NCBI GenBank assembly: GCA_963817385.1
Contig: CAWFOM010000023.1
Span: 1-17,904, forward strand
DNA length: 17,904 bases
Origin: an uncultured delta proteobacterium
GTDB taxonomy: Bacteria; Desulfobacterota; Syntrophia; Syntrophales; UBA5619
Direction: 5' to 3'
The translations under genes were made by a program, and so were the position numbers. Each line of letters begins with the position of its first letter. Position 1 is the stretch's first letter. This document shows positions 7,916 through 17,767 of the stretch, piece by piece. The notes beneath the pieces are model-generated. The model searched no databases. It was given only the letters and a program-made list of their open reading frames with translations, and was not told the DNA's origin.

Positions 7916-9156
7916 GAGGGCTTCTCCGCTTCGGGCCCCTTCTCATCCCCGGCCCTTCCGGTCAGATGCACAAGGGTGACTTCCGGCGGGGCATTGAGGC
8001 GCACCGGGGTGAATGTCGTTCCGATCCCCCGGCTGACGTAGAGCCGTGAGGCCCCGATCCGGTAGAGTCCCTCGGGATAGGGCGTCCGGAGGTGCGCCAG
8101 GCTGACACCCGCTCCCGGCCGGCCCAGTTTGATCTGCCCCCCGTGATAGTGACCCGACAGCGTAAGCGAAACACCGCGCAGGGCCGCCCGGGGAAAGATC
8201 TCCGGCCGGTGCGACAGGAGGATCGTCGGGATCGCGGGATCAAGCCCATCGAGGGCCGCATCGAGATCGGCGTGCCCGTTGCGCAGGTCGTCGATGCCGA
8301 CCACGGCGACCGGACCGTCCGCGGTCCTGATTACCCGATGCTCGTTCTGCAAGAGCGGCACCCCGTGCTTTCGGAAGATCGCCTGCAGCTCCTCCATACC
8401 CGCGTACCAGTGTTCATGATTCCCCAGGGTGGCAAAGGTTCCGTAACGGGCGTTGATGCGGGTCATCTCTTCCAAACACCCCGGCAGAAACGCGATCGAG
8501 TTCGAAATGTAGTCACCGGTAAGCAAGAACAGATCCGGCTTCAGTGCGATGACTTGCTCGACATAGTGCCGCATTTGCCGGCGATTCATGTAAATGCCGG
8601 CATGGATGTCGGTAAGCTGGACGACACGGAGCGGGCATCCGAAAGATAACGTGATCTCCCGGACATCGCCGTTCCTTCCGGTATAGGCAGCGCCGTATCC
8701 GCACACAAGCAGAGGAACCGCAAACAGGCCGCCCGATGCCGCTTGAAGGAAGAGCCTGCGGCCGTGGCCGGCCGGCCCGGATCCCGGCTCTTCCGCCACC
8801 CTGCGGCCGAGGCGGAGGAGCAGTTCTGCCAGCCGGCCGGCGCCCTGTCCGAGTAACAGAAGGAGCGCTGAGAAGATCGATCCCACGCTCCATACGGCCG
8901 GCGGATAGAAGAGGCCGACCTGGGCCGCAGTGGGCGGATAGACCCACGGGATGGGCCGGTAGAGAATCACCAGGTTCGCGGCGAAAAAAACGACCAGAAA
9001 AACGCCGACGGCTTTAAGGGCCCGAGACTTGAAGCGCACGGAGCGCCGGGAAGAACGGATCGCACGACGGGCGCGGAAGAAGAGATAGAGCTGGGAGAGC
9101 ACCGCCAGGGTCAGGATCGTCCACCGAAAGGCTCCGAACGGCAGTCCAGGGATCAT
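7912..9156 (-). CDS. Membrane-anchored calcineurin-like metallophosphoesterase (YkuE/YaeI-like)
   Basis: N-terminal TM helices, internal GRRLFLQ segment, and motifs TDIH, TGD, LGNHE, LLSH.P, SGHYHGGQ, YVSRGIG. Confidence 0.92.
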   Translation of the reverse strand: MIPGLPFGAFRWTILTLAVLSQLYLFFRARRAIRSSRRSVRFKSRALKAVGVFLVVFFAANLVILYRPIPWVYPPTAAQVGLFYPPAVWSVGSIFSALLLLLGQGAGRLAELLLRLGRRVAEEPGSGPAGHGRRLFLQAASGGLFAVPLLVCGYGAAYTGRNGDVREITLSFGCPLRVVQLTDIHAGIYMNRRQMRHYVEQVIALKPDLFLLTGDYISNSIAFLPGCLEEMTRINARYGTFATLGNHEHWYAGMEELQAIFRKHGVPLLQNEHRVIRTADGPVAVVGIDDLRNGHADLDAALDGLDPAIPTILLSHRPEIFPRAALRGVSLTLSGHYHGGQIKLGRPGAGVSLAHLRTPYPEGLYRIGASRLYVSRGIGTTFTPVRLNAPPEVTLVHLTGRAGDEKGPEAEKPS

Positions 9157-9226
9157 AAGGCAATTTCATGCACGCACGATGTGATCCTGCGCCCGCCGCA
9201 TCCCGGTGAGGAGAAAGAAGGTCGCT

Positions 9227-9808
9227 TCATTTCACCGCAGCCTGGCGGGATCCCTGCACAAAGACGATGAGCGCCATAAGCAGGGCAATAAACATTGCCG
9301 CGCCTCCGATCCATTTGATCGGATAGATGATCTGACTGGGAGCGCTCACGGTGAACCACCGGCACCAGAATACGACCGTATCGCGGATGGGATAGAGCAC
9401 CACGCCCGCAATCGCAAGCCACGAAGCCCAGGCGCGCAGCGTCAGGTTCGCCCCGCGTTGAAGCCCGACGATGACGCCGATCGCAATGTTGAACAACGCG
9501 AACATCCAGGCGTACAGACGCATGTTATAGCCGGCCTCCCGGCCGGAATTCGGCACCCGGACATACGAAGCCGGATAATAATTCGTGAAATAAAGACCCC
9601 CGGTGCGGTAGGCCGGGCCCCGCTTCATGTCGACCACCTGATGATCGAGCAGGTTCGCTGACCCCTTCGTATCGATCACGACGGCCGCCGCCTTGTCGTG
9701 GAACTGGTGCATCGAGGTTGTTCGTTCGATGAAGACCGTCATCGAGAAATAGATCAGGATCACCAAAAATCCCACGACCACATTTTTGTTACCCAGCGAA
9801 AGGTTCAT
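9227..9808 (-). CDS. Uncharacterised ~4-TM membrane protein, 193 aa
   Basis: RBS GGGAGGA before ATG 9808 (MNLSLGNKNVVVGF). One N-terminal helix, a ~70-aa soluble loop, then three hydrophobic helices. Confidence 0.7.
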   Translation of the reverse strand: MNLSLGNKNVVVGFLVILIYFSMTVFIERTTSMHQFHDKAAAVVIDTKGSANLLDHQVVDMKRGPAYRTGGLYFTNYYPASYVRVPNSGREAGYNMRLYAWMFALFNIAIGVIVGLQRGANLTLRAWASWLAIAGVVLYPIRDTVVFWCRWFTVSAPSQIIYPIKWIGGAAMFIALLMALIVFVQGSRQAAVK

Positions 9809-9975
9809 GGCATCCTCCCGGTAAATGATCCTATGATCACATTTTCCATGCACCACCGCGCGTACCTCGGCACGAGGCAACCATAAAGATTACTGTTTAC
9901 TCTGCTTAACAGAGAATCAGTATCCCCAGGTAGGAAAGGACGGGAAGCAGGCCGGATTCCCTCGGAAGAGTTCTC

Positions 9976-10185
9976 CTACTCGGACTTCACCATAATCCCC
10001 CACCAGTCCTCTTCCTTGGACAGCGCGGCTTCTTTGGGCTGCACCTGCTTATATCCCCAGGCGCTGAATTTGAAATGCTCCCAATCCCGGTACATGGTGT
10101 TGTGATCATAGAATCCCGATTCCCTTGCCCCCGCGCAACCGGCGAGAAAAAGCACTCCCATCAAAACGACAACGAGTTTTTTCAT
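9976..10185 (-). CDS. Small lipoprotein, 69 aa
   Basis: MKK, hydrophobic core and lipobox LAGC; RBS GGGAGGA. Confidence 0.8.
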   Translation of the reverse strand: MKKLVVVLMGVLFLAGCAGARESGFYDHNTMYRDWEHFKFSAWGYKQVQPKEAALSKEEDWWGIMVKSE

Positions 10186-10427
10186 ATCTTCCTCCCTGTA
10201 TTAAAGTAGTTGTAACTGAACTGCCGCAAGAGCGCGTTCAACGCCTGCCGCTTCATCCCGGCCCCCTTTTGCCTGCCCGATGTGGGAGTCTATGGCATAT
10301 AAAGGCCAAATACAATGAGGAGTGATTATACACTTTTTGGTAGGAGAAATCTACCCCTAAGATGGGACATCAGCTCGATCATCTTCTGCGACTCGTCGAT
10401 CGATTTGGCGAGCGATTGCCGGGCCGG

Positions 10428-12410
10428 CTAAGCACAGTCGGAAATCGTCGTGACAGTCTTTGCCGTCCGCGTCCGATAATACTGTATTACCGTAATCAAA
10501 GCCATGAGACCGAGGCCGATCAGATCGGTCACAAGACCGGGGGTTATTAGCAGCAATCCCGCCGCTACCATGACCATCCTCTCCCACCATGACATCCGGG
10601 TCCAGTACCAGCCCTCCACCGCGGCGCCGATGCCGACCATTCCGAAAATGGCGGTGATGATGATTTGGACGACTTCCCAGGGAGTGGTGTTGATGAGGAG
10701 GAGCTGCGGACTCAGGACAAAGATGTAGGGAACGATGAAAGCGGCAATAGCCAGTTTGGAGGCTTCGATTCCGGTTTTCATGGGGTTGGCCTTGGCGATG
10801 GCCGCACCGGCAAAGGCGGCCAAAGCCACTGGCGGCGTGATGTCGGCGATGATACCGAAGTAAAAGACGAACATGTGCGCAGAGAGGGCGGGGACCCCGA
10901 GCATGAGAAGCGCAGGCGCCGCACAGGTGGACGTGATGATATAATTGGCCGTTGTCGGCGCGCCCATGCCCAGGATCAGGGAGGTGATCATGGTGAAGAT
11001 GAGCGTCGGAATCAGGAATCCCCCGGACAACGCCAGGAGGCCGTCCCCCATCTTAAGACCGACGCCCGTCAGGGTTACGACCCCGACGATGATGCCGGCC
11101 GTGGCGCAGGCCAGGGCCACCCCGAGGGCGCCGCGCGCCCCTGCTTCCAGCGCATTGAGAAGTTTTGTCAGATTCAGCCGGGTGGCCTTGCGAAACATAC
11201 TTACCACAATACAAAATCCGAGACCGCCGAGCGCAGCCCGCATCGGCGTGAACCCCTCTACCAAGAGATAAATTATGGCGACGAGAGGAAAAATCAGATA
11301 GCTGTCTTTTTTCAACACATGCCAAAGATTGGGAAGTTCTGCCCGGGAGAGCCCTCTGAGGCCGCACTTTTTTGCTTCGAAATGAACGACCACCCAGATG
11401 CCGGTAAAATATAGCACAGCGGGAATGATCGCTGCTTTCGCAATTTCCACGTAGGGAAGACCGAGAAATTCGGCCATCAGAAAGGCCGCCGCCCCCATGA
11501 CGGGCGGCATGATCTGTCCCCCCGTCGAGGCGGCCGCCTCCACCGCCCCTGCAAATTCCGCTCTATAGCCAAGACGCTTCATCATCGGGATGGTGAAACT
11601 ACCTGATCCCACGGTATTTGCCACAGAACTTCCCGATACCGTTCCCTCCAGGGCGCTGGCCAGGACGGCCACCTTGGCCGGTCCGCCCGACGCCCAACCC
11701 GCTATTGCATTGGAAATATCCATGAAAAAGTCCATGATCCCCGTACTGTTCAGAAAGGCGCCGAACAGGATGAACAGGAAGATGAAGGTGGAGGAAACAC
11801 CGAGGGGAATCCCCATAACCCCCTCCGTGGTGAACCACATATGGGTTACGATGCGCTTGAGCTCATATCCGCGGTGGTTGAGAAAACCCGGAAAATAGTG
11901 ACCCAGATAGGCATAAATCAGGAAGCAGGAGGCAACGATCACGATGGGCAGTCCGACGATCCGGCGCGTAGCCTCCATGGTGAGAAGGATGCCGAGTACG
12001 GCCATGATATAGTCGGCAGCGGAGTACAATCCGGCGCTCTCCATCAGGTTTTCATAGGTGAGAAGCGAATAAGAGGCCACCGCAATGCTCAGCAGGGAAA
12101 GGACGATATCCATGGGGTGAATCTGCAGGCCGCCGCTTCCGGCCTTTTTGGGTTTGCGCGTCGGGTAGAGGAGGTAAACCAGCGTCAGGGCGAACATCAG
12201 GTGGGTGGGACGCTGGATCTGGGCCTCGAGGAGCCCGAACATAGCGGTATAGAGCTGGAAAAGCGAGAAACAGACGGCAATGATCTTCACCAGGGTGACC
12301 CAGTGGCCGGTGAGTTTCAGATAGCGGGCTTCAGGGTCGTATTTTTCAAGGATGGCATCCACATCAACGGCTGCAGCCGCTTCTGACGGTTTCCGTGTTG
12401 GATCTTGCAT
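10428..12410 (-). CDS. TRAP transporter 4TM/12TM fused permease (TAXI-type)
   Basis: 660-aa hydrophobic protein with GGPAKVAV, SGSSVAN, EAAASTGGQIMPPVMGAAAFLM, LGMGAPTTANY and ADITPPVALAAF. Confidence 0.95.
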   Translation of the reverse strand: MQDPTRKPSEAAAAVDVDAILEKYDPEARYLKLTGHWVTLVKIIAVCFSLFQLYTAMFGLLEAQIQRPTHLMFALTLVYLLYPTRKPKKAGSGGLQIHPMDIVLSLLSIAVASYSLLTYENLMESAGLYSAADYIMAVLGILLTMEATRRIVGLPIVIVASCFLIYAYLGHYFPGFLNHRGYELKRIVTHMWFTTEGVMGIPLGVSSTFIFLFILFGAFLNSTGIMDFFMDISNAIAGWASGGPAKVAVLASALEGTVSGSSVANTVGSGSFTIPMMKRLGYRAEFAGAVEAAASTGGQIMPPVMGAAAFLMAEFLGLPYVEIAKAAIIPAVLYFTGIWVVVHFEAKKCGLRGLSRAELPNLWHVLKKDSYLIFPLVAIIYLLVEGFTPMRAALGGLGFCIVVSMFRKATRLNLTKLLNALEAGARGALGVALACATAGIIVGVVTLTGVGLKMGDGLLALSGGFLIPTLIFTMITSLILGMGAPTTANYIITSTCAAPALLMLGVPALSAHMFVFYFGIIADITPPVALAAFAGAAIAKANPMKTGIEASKLAIAAFIVPYIFVLSPQLLLINTTPWEVVQIIITAIFGMVGIGAAVEGWYWTRMSWWERMVMVAAGLLLITPGLVTDLIGLGLMALITVIQYYRTRTAKTVTTISDCA

Positions 12411-12512
12411 CGAACGTCTCCCCCTGTTTGATCCCCGTCACCGGTTCCGGCCGGAAAAGAACCGTCCAAAAGCCGGTGAGCGGGGGGTCAACAAAACCGC
12501 ATCTTCCATTTG

Positions 12513-13484
12513 TTATTTGAGAATACCCTTTTCCTTGTAGTATTTGATCGCCCCCGGATGGAACGGTACGGGGACACCGCCCGTCGCCGTTTCGAGTTTG
12601 AGATACTTCCCCGCGGCATGGGCCTGTGCTATGGCCGCGTTTTCCTCATACATGACCTTTGTCATCTGGTAGACGAGATCTTCCGGAAGATCGTTCCGGA
12701 CCAGGATGCTGGAGTAGACGGCGATGGTCTTGACCGGCTTGGCCAGCCCCTGGTAGGCGTTCGCCGGGATCTCGAAACGGGCGTAGAGCGGATAGGTCTT
12801 GGTGATTTTGGCAAACAGCGCGTCGTCGATTTCGAGGAATTGGACGGGATTCATCACATTGATATCCTGCAGGGCGCCATTGGGGACGGAGACCACGAAG
12901 TAGCAGGCATCCACATGATTGTCCTTGAACTGATCCGCGGACTCCGCGTAGGAAAGATAGAGCGGATTGATGTCCTTGCTCTTCTTGTAGTCCATCCCGT
13001 TGAGGCCGAGGATCTGGCGGGCGCTGATTTCCGTCCCGCTCCCCGGGGCGCCCACGGAGACCTTTTTCCCCTTGAGGTCGGTGATCTTCCTGATCGGGCC
13101 GTCCTTGCGGGCGAAGATCTGGATGACATCGGGATAGACGTTGCCGATCGCGGAAAAGTTTGTGTATTTCTCATTCTTGGCCTGGAAAACCTCAAGGCCG
13201 TTGTAGCCGTAGAAGGCAATGTCGTTCATTGAGATGGCAACTTCCGCGCCCTTGCTTCCCAAAAGACGGATGTTTTCCACGGAAGCGCCCGTGGCCTGTA
13301 CCGTGACGTTGAGATCCGGGATCTTCTTGTTCCAGACCTGGGCGATGGCGCCCCCGAGGGGGTAGAATGTCCCGGCTACGCCCCCTGTTGCGAAGAGTAA
13401 ATTTGCCTTTGCGGCGTTTCCTTCCGCGGCGAAAATTAGCGCCGCGAAAAGGACCAACGACATGATGAGACGTTTTTGTTTCAT
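12513..13484 (-). CDS. TAXI-family TRAP solute-binding protein, 323 aa
   Basis: Signal peptide, ATGGVAGTFYPLGG, TGASVENI, SVGAPGSGT, VPFHPGAIKYY. RBS AGGAGG favours ATG 13484. Confidence 0.95.
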   Translation of the reverse strand: MKQKRLIMSLVLFAALIFAAEGNAAKANLLFATGGVAGTFYPLGGAIAQVWNKKIPDLNVTVQATGASVENIRLLGSKGAEVAISMNDIAFYGYNGLEVFQAKNEKYTNFSAIGNVYPDVIQIFARKDGPIRKITDLKGKKVSVGAPGSGTEISARQILGLNGMDYKKSKDINPLYLSYAESADQFKDNHVDACYFVVSVPNGALQDINVMNPVQFLEIDDALFAKITKTYPLYARFEIPANAYQGLAKPVKTIAVYSSILVRNDLPEDLVYQMTKVMYEENAAIAQAHAAGKYLKLETATGGVPVPFHPGAIKYYKEKGILK

Positions 13485-13606
13485 GGTTCCCTCCTGCATT
13501 TTTTATTGAAAACAAAACGGTTCGTATGCCTGTTTCTCCCCTCTGTTCATTCCTCCTTTCTGCAATCGCCTCCGACATGTCCGGGGAAGTCCGTTCGACG
13601 TTCCCG

Positions 13607-14369
13607 TCACTTCTTCCGGTCGGCGAACTCCTCCAGTTTCTCCAAACGTTCCGGCGCCGACACCGTCGCCAGGCAGGCCTCGACCTCGTAGTCCATCAGG
13701 GCCTCCAGGCTGACCTCCGAAGCCATGTTGAGCCCCTTCTTGATCAGGTTGATGGAAAAGAGCGAATTGGCGGCGATCTTCTTCGCCATGGCCAGGGTCT
13801 CCTCCATCAGCTGCTCACGCGGGAACGGCCTTGTTGACCAGGCCGATCCGTTCCGCTTCCTTTCCATCGATGTAGTCGCAGGTGAACAGGAGCTCCCGGG
13901 CCTTGCCGGGACCGACCAGGTCCTGGACGAGTCGCATCGCGCCGCCGGTTACTGAGGAGGAGACCCGCGCCTCGGGGGAGCCGAATTTCGCCCCTTCGGC
14001 GGCGATCCGGATGTCGCAGGCGAGCGCCAGCTCGTAGCCGCTTCCCAGGGCGAAGCCGTTCACGGCGGCGATGGTCGGTTTCGGATAGCGGATGATCCGG
14101 CGGGAGATCTCCTGGAGATGGACCAGGTAGTCCCGGTAGGCCTTGAGTGACCGGCCCTTGGAATCCTTGAGGTCCGCGCCGGTGGAAAAGGCCCGTCCCG
14201 CCCCGGTGAAGATGAGGACCCGGACGTTGTCGTCCTCGCGGGCGTCGGCGAGGGCCTGCTCGATGTCGAGCCAGAGCCGCTTATTCATGGCGTTAAGTAC
14301 CTGGGGACGGTTCAGGGTAATGACGGCGACCCCTTCCTTCTTTTCGTAGATGATGCATTCAAAAGTCAT
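13607..14369 (-). CDS. Enoyl-CoA hydratase/isomerase (crotonase family), ~253 aa; one frameshift
   Basis: ITLNRPQVLNA, FSTGADL, AVNGFALGSGYELALACDIRIA, FGSPE; both catalytic Glu positions present. Extra C at 13821-13823. RBS AAGGAGG before ATG 14369. Confidence 0.92.
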
Positions 14370-14380
14370 GATGATCCTCC

Positions 14381-16509
14381 TTAGGCGATGATGATCCGGG
14401 CGTCGACGATGGACGCCCCCTGTTCGTGCACGATGATCGGATTGATATCCACTTCCTGAATTTCCGGGTGATCGGCCGCCATCTGGGCGATCCTCTCGCA
14501 GGAGATCCTTCAGTATCCCGGTATCCTTCGGCTTCTGTCCGCGGACGCCGCCGAGAAGAGGGTATCCCTTGATCTCATGGATCATCTCCTCGAGATCCAG
14601 ATCGGTCGGAGGGGCGACGCGGAAGGAGACATCCTTCATGACCTCCACGAAGATCCCGCCGAGGCCGAACATGAGGACCGCTCCGAACTGGGGATTCCGA
14701 CTCATACCGACGATGCACTCCTGACCCTTGGGCGCCATCGGTGCGACGAGGACGCCCAGAACCTTTTCCGGGCTGCTGACCCTGACGGCGTTGGCGATGA
14801 CCTTTGCGAAGCCCTCTCGAACGGCAGCCTCATCCCTCAGGTTCAGGAGGATTCCGCCCGCGTCGGACTTGTGGATGATCCCGGGGGAGACGATCTTCAA
14901 GGCGACGGGGAAGCCGATGGCAATCGCCGCAGCGACCGCTTCATCCGCGGTTTTCGCCAGGGTGGCAGGGGGAAGGGCGACACGATAGAGGGAGAGAAGT
15001 TCCCTGGCCTCCGTCTCCAGGAGGTTTTTCCTGCCCGTCCGTTTGACCCGTTCGAGCAGGTCCCGGGCCTGGGCGAGATCCGCCTCCATGGCCGGCAGGG
15101 GCCGTGCAAGGTCAAGCGTTTCCCGTCTGGCTGCGAATTTGGCCATATAGGCCAGGCACTGCGCGGCGCGCTCCGAGGATGCGGTTAGCAGTATGCCGTT
15201 CTCGGCGAGGATCTGCATCGAGCGGAAGGGGGCCTGGGCAAAAGAGGTGTGAACCGCGATCGGTTTGCCGTACTGCCGCATCAGACGGACCAGTTCCCGG
15301 GAGGTCTTCTCTTCCAGTTCGCCGACGTGCGGGGCGATGATCTCCTTGAATCCGCCGAAAAATCCCGTGACGAAGACCGAATCGATCCCCTGCTCCTCCA
15401 TGAGGGCTTCGACGACCTTGTTGATCATGTCGGGGTTTTCTTCGGCCGTCCCGCCGTAATCGATCGGGTTCGACGCGGGCATCCCGGCGAGCAGAAACGG
15501 GCGGATCCTCTCCTGGGTTGCCTGCGGAAGGACCGGGACCTCCAGCCCGAAATGCTCGGCATTGTCCGCGGCGACCGAATTGTCCCCGCCGCCCTCGGAG
15601 ACGATGGCGACCCGGTTTCCCTTCGGCAGGGGCATGTTGGCGAAGGAGATGGCGACATCGAACATCTCGTCCACGTTGGTGACCCGGACGATCCCCGCCT
15701 GGCGGAAGGCCGCGTCCACGACGGCGTCGTCGGCGGCCAGGGACCCGGTGTGGGAGGCGGCGGCCCTGGCGCCCGCGGCGCTCCGCCCCACCTTGAGCAT
15801 GACGATCGGTTTGTGCTTGGAAACCTCACGCGCGACCTGGACGATCTGGCCGCCCTCCTTGATCCCTTCCATGTACACCAGGATCGCCCGGGTCGCCTCG
15901 TCCCGGCCCAGGTAGTCGATGTACTCGTGGAACTTTACGCCGATGGCGTTGCCGGCGGAGATGATGTGGCTCAGTCCCACCCCGCGCATCTCGGCATAGT
16001 GGGTGATCGAGTCGATGATGTTCCCGCTCTGGGCGATGACGGCCAGGGGTCCCTGTTTGATCGGCGGAACGCCCAGGAGGTTCATCCCGCCGGAGGCGCA
16101 GAAGAGACCCGAGCAGTTGGGGCCGATGATCTTTGCGCCTCCTGCGGTCGCGGTGCGGAGGATCTCCGCCTCGATCCTCTTTCCCTCTTCCCCGATTTCC
16201 CCGAGCCCCGCCGTGATGATCACGATCCCCTTGGCGCGCATCTGTTATGCTGTCGGCCACGGCCTGGGGAATGAACTTCGGGGCGACGACGACCATGACG
16301 AGATCCACCTCCTCCCCGATATCGAGGATCGAGGGATAGGCCTTTCTCCCGAACAGGGTATCCCGCTTGGGGTTGATGAGGAAGATCTTTCCGGGGTAAC
16401 CGCCCTGGATCAGACTCCTCGTCCGCCGCTCGGCTGCCTTGCCGGGGACCTCTGAGGCCCCGATGACCGCGATGGAGGCGGGTTTGAAAAGACGGTTCAA
16501 CGGTTGCAT
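14381..16509 (-). CDS. ADP-forming acyl-CoA synthetase (acetate-CoA ligase family, alpha-beta fusion), ~708 aa; two frameshifts
   Basis: SIAVIGAS, IIGPNCSG, QSG, phospho-His motif ASHTGSLA, NPID, ATP-grasp GFPVALKIVSP.IIHKSDAGG and FGLGGIFVE. Correcting +1 bases at ~16245 and ~14498 restores the end EVDINPIIV…VDARIIIA*. Confidence 0.92.
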
Positions 16510-16612
16510 GACATCCTCCTTGTCCGTGATGGTTGGTCTTTCGGGGGGAGCGGTTCCCGTTGCCTCTGCATGGTTAAATGGCTGACGTGTCGAATCCCCG
16601 AACGAATAGGCG

Positions 16613-17514
16613 TTATCGCCGGGAGGGTTTTTTCTTCTTCCGGTCGGTCTTGTAATCGGCGTAGGGGAGGACGTAAATCTCCTTCTTCTGCCAGAGGAAT
16701 TCCCTGTCCTTCAAGGCCTTCATGGTCTCCTCCGGATTCTGGACGCTCAGCTCCGTCAGGAGGGCATTGACCAGGCTCATGGCTGCGGTAAAGGATTCGA
16801 TGAAGGAATCGAGCCGGGAGTGGACCGGAAGAACCCAATCCGCGTTGCGGGCGAGGGGGGAGATGAGGGAATCGGTGATGGCGCCGACCCGGGCGCCGTT
16901 TTCCTTGGCGTATTCGAGAACATCGATCGTCAGTTTCGTGTATCTCGGGAAACTGATTCCGATGGACGAGATCGTCGGCGCCCATGCCGTGCAGGGTGTT
17001 CCAGACATCACCGTAGCCGGGGATCACCGGCAAAGCCCGCTTTCCCAGGAAGCGAAGGTAGAGGGCCAAAACGAGGGCCGGGGCGTGTGCCCCGCGAAGT
17101 CCCACGACATAGATGCGTCTGGCGTTCTTCATGTCGGTGACGGCCTGGTGGAATGTTTCCAGGGAGATGTCCCGGAGGGTCTCGGAGAGGTTCCGGATGT
17201 CCTCCTGCATGATCCTGGTGAGGATGTCGCCGTCCGTCCGGGTGTGCTTGACGGTTTGCTCGAGGCGCGTGACCGTGGTGAGACGATCCTGGAGTTTGGT
17301 GCGGAGCATTTGCTGCAATTTGGGATAACCGTCGAATCCCAGGACCTGTGCAAGCCGCACGATCGGTCGCTTCGCTGACCCCCGCCTTTTCGGCCAGTTT
17401 CGAGGCCGTCAGGAAGATCGACTCCTCGTAATGGTCCATGATGTACTGCGCCGCGCGTTTCTGGGCCTCGGTCAGTTGAATCCGGTTGTCCGCGAGAAGG
17501 GTGTTGATCGGCAT
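16613..17514 (-). CDS. MurR/RpiR-family transcriptional regulator (HTH + SIS), ~299 aa; two frameshifts
   Basis: LTEAQKRAAQYI…LAEKAGVSEAT(I)VRLAQVLGFDGY HTH; SIS motifs IYVVGLR, IGISFPRY, AITDSLISPLA. Extra C at ~17365 and ~16964. Confidence 0.92.
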
Positions 17515-17558
17515 GAAATAATTCCTTCACTAATTAATATTTGTGAAGGAATTATTTC
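17515..17558. promoter_or_regulatory. 16-bp perfect inverted repeat over the -10 box and RBS of the rpiR-like gene; probable operator
   Basis: GAAATAATTCCTTCAC-N12-GTGAAGGAATTATTTC. Confidence 0.7.
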
Positions 17559-17579
17559 TTTGTTGGTCCCTTTTGTCAA
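17551..17579 (-). promoter_or_regulatory. Sigma70 promoter TTGACA-17-AATAAT for the RpiR/acyl-CoA operon
   Basis: Perfect -35 (17579-17574), 17-nt spacer, 5/6 match at -10 (17556-17551). Confidence 0.7.
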
Positions 17580-17767
17580 GAAAAATTTCGGAAAAAATAA
17601 GTGTAGTTCTTACGAGGGTTTGCTCTACTGCCCCCTGTAATGGACGATGGTGTTGGCATTCTTCCCCAGAGGCGCCAGGATCTGCTCCGCCCTTTTCCGG
17701 ACGAACGGGAGGTCCGTGCGGGATCGATGCACGGCGAAGCGACCCTGGAGGGAAGATGAAAAGTTTG

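Noticed and set aside
13503..13560. 15-codon ORF MNRGEKQAYEPFCFQ with AAGGAGG upstream of the TAXI gene
   Set aside because: RBS-to-ATG spacing is too short and there is no other support.
13815..13817. TGA inside the hydratase as a second Sec codon
   Set aside because: It is out of frame once the extra C at 13821-13823 is removed; no Cys-equivalent context.
13815..16241. 808-aa acyl-CoA synthetase/enoyl-CoA hydratase fusion
   Set aside because: Frameshift at ~14498. The ligase ends at TAA 14381-14383 and the hydratase has its own AAGGAGG RBS and ATG at 14369.
649..17640. Numerous long + strand ORFs
   Set aside because: Antisense shadows of GC-rich minus-strand genes with no recognisable motifs.
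17627..17645. ACTGCCCCCTGTAA resembling a cobalamin riboswitch core
   Set aside because: The other conserved elements are absent and it is on the strand opposite the neighbouring genes.
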